DNA of 50,420 nucleotides from an uncultured Sandaracinaceae bacterium (GTDB lineage: Bacteria > Myxococcota_A > Polyangia > Polyangiales > JADJQN01). This document shows, one piece after another, positions 45,545-50,420 of this stretch. Both the position numbers and the translations under genes were made by a program. Every line of letters starts with the position of its first letter. The first letter of the stretch is position 1. The stretch spans positions 1 through 50,420 of the forward strand of contig CAZWQH010000001.1 in NCBI GenBank assembly GCA_964635815.1, written 5' to 3'. The notes beneath the pieces were generated by a model, which was not told the DNA's origin, made no database searches, and saw nothing but the letters and a program-made list of their open reading frames with translations.

Positions 45545-45992
45545 TCAGAAGACAATCCTGTTGGTCGAGGACAACGCGAAAGACGAACAGCTCACGATTC
45601 GTGCCCTCAAGAAGGGAAACCTAGTAAACGAGATCGTCGTGGCGCGTGACGGTGCGGAGGCGCTCGACTACCTTTTCGCGCAAGGTGTGTACGAGGACCG
45701 AGACCCGCTAGACGCACCACAGGTCATGCTGCTTGACCTCAAGCTCCCGAAGGTAGACGGGCTCGAAGTTCTACGCGCGATACGCGAGGACCCGCGCACC
45801 AAGTATCTTCCGGTCGTCGTTCTGACCTCGTCGCTCGAGGATCAAGACCTGATTCGAAGTTACGGGCTAGGAGCGAACAGCTATGTCCGAAAGCCGGTGG
45901 ATTTCGTTCAGTTCACCGAGGCCGTAAAGCAACTCGGTTGCTACTGGCTTTTGGTCAACGTGCAGGCCCCAAGTCGAGCTAGCTCACCCTAG
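45537..45992 (+). CDS. single-domain response regulator (paralogue of 42115-42561)
   Basis: ILLVEDNAKDEQ...VMLLDLKLP...VVVLTSS...VRKPVDFVQFTEAVKQLGCYWL. The start overlaps the kinase stop by 8 nt (ATGGCTGA). Confidence 0.9.
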   Translation: MADQKTILLVEDNAKDEQLTIRALKKGNLVNEIVVARDGAEALDYLFAQGVYEDRDPLDAPQVMLLDLKLPKVDGLEVLRAIREDPRTKYLPVVVLTSSLEDQDLIRSYGLGANSYVRKPVDFVQFTEAVKQLGCYWLLVNVQAPSRASSP

Positions 45993-46402
45993 CGAGCGAA
46001 TTGACCCGTACCCTTTCCAACACAGCGCCCCTCGCGCGTTGATCGAACCGATCGCGCGACTGCTGAATCGCGGATCGATTCTTCTCCGACCACTCGGATA
46101 GCGCGCGCACAGGTTCGAGAAGCGTCACGCCCAAGCTCGTGAGCTGGTAGTCGACCCGCGGCGGAATCGTCGGAAACAAAGTGCGCGTGACAATGCCATC
46201 TCTCGAGACTCTTTAGCGTCAACGTCAACATTCGCTGGGAGATGCCGTCGATCTGGCGCTTGAGCTGATTGAATCGGACCGGACCTCTGCGAAGGGAGCT
46301 CACGATGTAGATGCTCCACTTGTCGCCGACACGGTTGAACCTCATGGATACGGCGATATCGACACCAAACACGTCCACGCATGGCGCGAGCAAAGCGATC
46401 AA
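45979..46402 (-). pseudogene. HxlR family transcriptional regulator interrupted by a frameshift
   Basis: The N-terminal half (VGDKWSIYIVSSLRRGPVRFNQLKRQIDGISQRMLTLTLKSLER) is in one frame. The C-terminal half (GIVTRTLFPTIPPRVDYQLTSLGVTLLEPVRALSEWSEKN) is in another. The switch occurs at the GAGAGA tract (plus 46199-46204). Confidence 0.75.
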
Positions 46403-46778
46403 CGTGTCCCTTTGGGTCGCTCAGTCCGTTCTCGGTTTTGTGTTCGCGTTCGCGGACTTCACCAAGTCATTCACTCCGATTCAGGAGCTCGCGCTCAGGA
46501 TGCCGTGGGCTGCTGTCTTGCCGGAAGCACTCGTCCGGTTCATCGGTGTCTCGGAGCTCGCGGGCGGAATCGGGTTGCTTCTACCCGCGTTGACGCGCGT
46601 CCAACCGAGGCTGACTCCAATCGCCGCGTCCGGCCTGGTTGTGATCATGGTGCTCGCTGCTGCGTTCGACATCATGCACGGTGAGTACTCGGCGGTTCCG
46701 ATCAACGTCGTGCTTGGTGGGCTCGCGGCGTTTATTGCGTGGGGTCGGTTCACGCGGTTCCAGATCCAGTCTCGCTGA
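46344..46778 (+). CDS. DoxX family membrane protein
   Basis: From ATG 46344: four hydrophobic helices with a DoxX-like pattern (INVSLWVAQSVLGFVFAFADFTK...FIGVSELAGGIGLLLP...). Divergent from the HxlR gene, a common pairing. Confidence 0.7.
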   Translation: MDTAISTPNTSTHGASKAINVSLWVAQSVLGFVFAFADFTKSFTPIQELALRMPWAAVLPEALVRFIGVSELAGGIGLLLPALTRVQPRLTPIAASGLVVIMVLAAAFDIMHGEYSAVPINVVLGGLAAFIAWGRFTRFQIQSR

Positions 46779-46779
46779 G

Positions 46780-47460
46780 CTAGTTTGCGACCTGCTCACC
46801 GGTGCGGCGGCGCTTTTCCTTCCGCTTGCGTGAGTACATGTCTGCGTCGGCGCGCTTGATCAACGCATCGATTGTCTCGGTTTCGGCCAGCTCCGCAGTT
46901 CCAAACGAGATAGCCGCACCGCCGTGTGGCGCTCCCTTCAGCGATTCACGCACACGTTCGAGAACGAGCATCGCGGATTGCGTCGGAGCGCCGACGAGGA
47001 TCAATGCGAACTCGTCACCGCCGAGCCGGTAGGCGTGATCGACGTGTTGACGTACGCACTTCTGGAGGACGCCGCCTACGAATGTGAGCACCTCGTCTCC
47101 AGCCACGTGTCCCTTTGTGTCGTTCGTGAGCTTGAAGTCGTCGAGATCCAGGTACACGAGCACGAGGGGACTCTTCAGTCTGCGTGCGCGCGCAACTTCG
47201 ATCGGGAGGTCGGTATTGAATCTGCGCGAGTTGAGCAAACCTGTGAGCGCGTCCGTTTCCGCGAGCGCGGCGAGCTGAATCTGCTGGCGCCGAAACGTGA
47301 ACGCACCGAGTCCGAGCAACGCACCCAAGATGAGATCCGTGAGGAGCTCCGAGGGAGTGTTCGGAAGATTGCCGGTCTCGATGTACTCCGTGAGCGTAGG
47401 AACCAATGCGATCAAATAGATCCACGGAACCCGCGAAACGGTACGACTCGCGCTATTCAC
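46780..47460 (-). CDS. membrane-anchored diguanylate cyclase (GGDEF)
   Basis: Two N-terminal helices, then DALTGLLNSRRF...LDLDDFKLTNDTKGHVAGDEVL...RLGGDEFALIL. No RxxD I-site lies 5 aa upstream of GGDEF. Confidence 0.85.
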   Translation of the reverse strand: MNSASRTVSRVPWIYLIALVPTLTEYIETGNLPNTPSELLTDLILGALLGLGAFTFRRQQIQLAALAETDALTGLLNSRRFNTDLPIEVARARRLKSPLVLVYLDLDDFKLTNDTKGHVAGDEVLTFVGGVLQKCVRQHVDHAYRLGGDEFALILVGAPTQSAMLVLERVRESLKGAPHGGAAISFGTAELAETETIDALIKRADADMYSRKRKEKRRRTGEQVAN

Positions 47461-48667
47461 GCGGAACCTCTTTTGGAGGCGGGGTCCATGCCTCGCTCGA
47501 CGCTAACGCGCTCGACTTTTCGCGGTCCTCCGTCGAGCCAATGAACGGGAAGAGCAGCTGGGCAACGAATGACGGAGGGACGTAGTCACCGATGACCCCG
47601 TAACGGCGAGGCCACATCCGATCGGCCGTCACCGCTGTCCCAAAGGCGTAGTCCAGAAACGCGAAATGCGCGGCGTAGTTCTTGTCGACTGCCTCCGTAT
47701 CGCGCGAGTGATGCCAGTGATGAAAGTTGGGCGTGACGATCACGTAGCGAAGCGGACCCAAACGTACGCTCACGTTGCAGTGATTGAAGACGGCTTGGAA
47801 GCCCACGATGACGACGTAGGAGTTGATCACGCGCTCCGAAAAGCCGAGAAAAAAGATTGGCGCGAGCACGAACATGCGTGTGATGAGGAGCTCCGCCACG
47901 TGCTGACGCGAGCCCGCGATCCAGTCCATGGACTTGGCGCTGTGATGAACCGAGTGAATCCGCCAAAGGAATGGGACCTCGTGGTATGCGCGATGGGTCC
48001 AGTACTGAAACAGGTCCGCGACGAGCACGACCAACAACAGCTGAATGACAAAAGGGAGCCCGTTCACCAGGCTTTGAAGGTTCCCGTTTACAGCCCAACC
48101 GAGTGACGCATGCACGGTGTGGTTAACGACGAAGAGCACGAACCCGACGATCAAGTGGTTGAAAATGAAATGCGCGAGGTCTGTTTGCCATTCCGCTCTG
48201 AACACGGGCTGATCGACCCGAAGAGGCATCAACTTTTCGAGGACCACGAAGATGAGCGTCGAACCGAGCAGATCCAGGATCAGGAAATCAAGTCCTAGGT
48301 ACGGCGTGTGATCTGGAAAGTCCGGGATGGGCGTCGTCGGTCCACCCAAGACCTGTGCGACGACCAGCACCGTGAACGCCACCGCCGCAAGCCAACGGGA
48401 CCGCCCGAGGATGATGTTCCCAAGAGAGACGCCCCCGGCGACCACCATCGCACCGAGCATGATGTACCGAAGGGTGGTGACGTCATAAACGTGCCGCATC
48501 TCCGGCGTCGAGAGGTACGCTGGAAAATGAAACGCGATGACTCCGAGCAGACTGCATACGGCGAGTGTCAGAGCAACGACGCCGGAGAGGAGGCCCGTTC
48601 CGCGTCGCAGGTCACCATGGGAAGTAACCAGCTGGGTAAGCTTCTGGGACGGATCGTTTTCGCTCAC
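47453..48667 (-). CDS. fatty acid hydroxylase / sterol desaturase family membrane protein (long N-terminal membrane extension)
   Basis: His boxes HRAYH, HSVHHSAKSMDW and FHHWHHS. About six extra N-terminal helices. The 3' end overlaps the GGDEF gene start by 8 nt. Confidence 0.85.
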   Translation of the reverse strand: MSENDPSQKLTQLVTSHGDLRRGTGLLSGVVALTLAVCSLLGVIAFHFPAYLSTPEMRHVYDVTTLRYIMLGAMVVAGGVSLGNIILGRSRWLAAVAFTVLVVAQVLGGPTTPIPDFPDHTPYLGLDFLILDLLGSTLIFVVLEKLMPLRVDQPVFRAEWQTDLAHFIFNHLIVGFVLFVVNHTVHASLGWAVNGNLQSLVNGLPFVIQLLLVVLVADLFQYWTHRAYHEVPFLWRIHSVHHSAKSMDWIAGSRQHVAELLITRMFVLAPIFFLGFSERVINSYVVIVGFQAVFNHCNVSVRLGPLRYVIVTPNFHHWHHSRDTEAVDKNYAAHFAFLDYAFGTAVTADRMWPRRYGVIGDYVPPSFVAQLLFPFIGSTEDREKSSALASSEAWTPPPKEVPRE

Positions 48668-48719
48668 ACGCTATTGAAGCGATTGCGTCGCCCGATGTCA
48701 AAGCTAGTGTGCGCGTGTC

Positions 48720-49898
48720 GTGAAGATCGCGTTCGTGATCCCAGGGGGTTTCGAGCGACCCGATCGCGTCGGGCCGACTCGAGAGCTCCCCGTCTGGAAC
48801 ACGCTGATTTCGCGATTGAGCGCCAATCATGACATCCACGTGTTCTGCACGGACTTCGACGAGGTCGGGGGGAATTGGCTCGCCGGTCGCGCTCGCGTCC
48901 ACGATCCGGGGAAAGTGCCACGACGTGTGTTACCTGGTTTGCGGACACTCGAACGTATAGCCCGAACCGGTCGCCTTATCGCGAGGGAACATCGGCGCGG
49001 TGGGTTCGACGTCATTCACGCCGCGTGGATCGATGCCAACGGGCTCGCGGCTGCGCTGGCTGCTCGCGCCCTCGGCGTTCCGCTGATCGCCAGCATCGCG
49101 GGCGGCGAATGCGTGTGGTTCCCGGAGATTCCGTACGGGAACGCCGCGACTCCGATCGCACGCGCGACGACACGTTTCACGCTGAATACTGCGAGGGCAG
49201 CGACCGTCACCACGGAGTACGCAAGAGCGTGGGTCTTGAGCTCGTCATCGCGAGCGATCGAAGTCATTCCACTGGGCCCCGATCGCGCGACCTTTCTTCA
49301 CACGACCGACCGTCCGACCGGGCCTCCGTGGCGATTGATCAACGTCGCGGATCTCAACCCTGTGAAGGATCACAAGACGCTGCTTCTCGCGCTTCGGATC
49401 CTCACGGATCGTGGTGTGGACGCGAGCCTTCACCAGTACGGATTCGACACCCGAGGTGGCGAGGCGCAGCGCCTTGCGAAAGAGCTAAAGCTCGAGGCAC
49501 GAACCACATTCTACGGGAGAACATCTCAAGCCGTGATCGCGAACGCGCTCGCCGAAAGTCACCTGCACGTGATCTCCTCTCGCTTCGAAAGCCAGTGCGT
49601 TGCTGTCGCAGAAGCTGCGCTTGCTGGGACGCCGACCGTCGGGTCCCACGTAGGACTGCTTGCGGATCTCTCGCCGACCCGAGCAGTGACGGCTACCCCA
49701 GGTGATCCGTTGGCGCTTGCGAACGCGATTGAAGACATCCTGCGCTCTGTGTCCAAGCGACTCGCGACTGCAGCTGCAGCGCAAGATTGGGCGGTCAAGC
49801 ACGATGCCGATTGGTGCGAGAGAAAGTACTCGGAGTTATACGCGCGAGTGTCAGGCCGGAACGCGAAGCCGGATTTGGACATCGTCGCGAACGCGTAG
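48720..49898 (+). CDS. glycosyltransferase family 4 (GT-B, group 1)
   Basis: MKIAFVIPGG start. The C-terminal half has SSRFESQCVAVAEAALAGTPTVGSHVG, matching the E-x7-E region of group 1 glycosyltransferases. Confidence 0.75.
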   Translation: MKIAFVIPGGFERPDRVGPTRELPVWNTLISRLSANHDIHVFCTDFDEVGGNWLAGRARVHDPGKVPRRVLPGLRTLERIARTGRLIAREHRRGGFDVIHAAWIDANGLAAALAARALGVPLIASIAGGECVWFPEIPYGNAATPIARATTRFTLNTARAATVTTEYARAWVLSSSSRAIEVIPLGPDRATFLHTTDRPTGPPWRLINVADLNPVKDHKTLLLALRILTDRGVDASLHQYGFDTRGGEAQRLAKELKLEARTTFYGRTSQAVIANALAESHLHVISSRFESQCVAVAEAALAGTPTVGSHVGLLADLSPTRAVTATPGDPLALANAIEDILRSVSKRLATAAAAQDWAVKHDADWCERKYSELYARVSGRNAKPDLDIVANA

Positions 49899-50360
49899 TG
49901 CACCAAGCATTGCCCGAAACGGAGTGATCCCGAACATCGTTTGAGCAATCGTCGAGCGCGCTATGTAGAAGCCGTCCGTCCGCTCGAACGTCACGACGAT
50001 CGGGCGAGTCACGTTGCAAATGGTGAGCCTGCCGCGGACCTCCGCTTCACCGACGACGTCGGACGCGAAGCTGGCGGTGGGATAGAGCTGAGTGCGCAGC
50101 ACGTCGCTGTGCAGATGCGACTCGATCGTGCGCCGGTCGCCGTCTGAGATTTTTTCAGCCTGACCATCTTTTCCTACTGAATGGAGCACGCGTAGCGATC
50201 GCAGATCGAAGAAGCCCGCGACCCTCGTTTTGTCCGCGTCGCTCCACTCGATTCGAAAAGCGTCGCAACGGATACAGAGGTCATGACCGACCGCGGCCAG
50301 CGCACCCTCGCGGAAGGTGAACACGCTGACCGACCCGTCTGCCTCAGTCCGAACGTTCAT
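49851..50360 (-). CDS. YceI-like domain protein
   Basis: 169 aa with a YceI-type pattern: HSDVLRTQLYPTASF...GRLTICNVTRPIV...STIAQTMFGITPF...GALRVRDDVQI. Convergent 48-nt overlap with the glycosyltransferase gene. Confidence 0.5.
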   Translation of the reverse strand: MNVRTEADGSVSVFTFREGALAAVGHDLCIRCDAFRIEWSDADKTRVAGFFDLRSLRVLHSVGKDGQAEKISDGDRRTIESHLHSDVLRTQLYPTASFASDVVGEAEVRGRLTICNVTRPIVVTFERTDGFYIARSTIAQTMFGITPFRAMLGALRVRDDVQIRLRVPA

Positions 50361-50420
50361 CGCTTTCCGTATACAACACGTGCGCGTCTCGCCAACGAGA
50401 CGGAAATGAGAGGGGGCGCC

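Noticed and set aside
49851-49898. 48-nt convergent overlap of the glycosyltransferase and YceI-like genes as a regulatory feature
   Set aside because: Tail-to-tail overlaps of this size are common in high-GC genomes, and no structure or motif was seen in the overlap.

Overview
High-GC (about 60-65% by eye), gene-dense chromosomal segment with about 50 protein-coding genes and one tRNA. I saw no rRNA, CRISPR array, transposase or integrase. The content points to a myxobacterium-like organism (Myxococcota). This is an inference from Gly-Cys/hydrophobic/Arg-rich C-terminal sorting tails of the MYXO-CTERM type, a thrombospondin type-3 repeat exoprotein, many lipoproteins, and dense ECF and two-component signalling.

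Recognisable blocks, left to right:
- tRNA-Asn with its terminator.
- A fatty-acid-hydroxylase gene paired with a PASTA-like gene, then a GNAT acetyltransferase.
- A PemK/MazF toxin with no convincing antitoxin.
- An exported-protein cluster: FmdE-like lipoprotein, TSP3/MYXO-CTERM protein, Ig-like lipoprotein, a PAS protein with a Cys-rich tail, and a heparinase II/III-like protein.
- rsgA.
- A glyoxylate-shunt operon (malate synthase, long ICL2-type isocitrate lyase, lipoprotein) with a divergent AraC regulator.
- VOC, WD40-like and pirin genes, then several small exported or membrane proteins and a Kelch propeller.
- A TetR-controlled MFP-RND efflux operon. It ends in a translationally coupled Rieske protein, followed by the stump of a histidine kinase and an orphan receiver.
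- An ECF sigma factor, anti-sigma factor and a large lipoprotein, then an FG-GAP protein.
- ada-alkB and an M49-like HExxH lipoprotein.
- A locus of response regulator, dual-transmitter hybrid kinase, response regulator.
- A frameshifted HxlR regulator next to DoxX.
- A second fatty-acid hydroxylase coupled to a GGDEF cyclase, then a GT4 glycosyltransferase and a YceI-like protein.

The most unusual items are:
- The 980-aa PAS-HK-REC-PAS-HK protein flanked by paralogous receivers.
- The decapitated kinase behind the Rieske/RND operon.
- The solitary MazF-family toxin.
- Two perfect 31-32 bp tandem duplications in intergenic spacers.

All calls rest on reading the translations and the DNA by eye. 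No database search was run.
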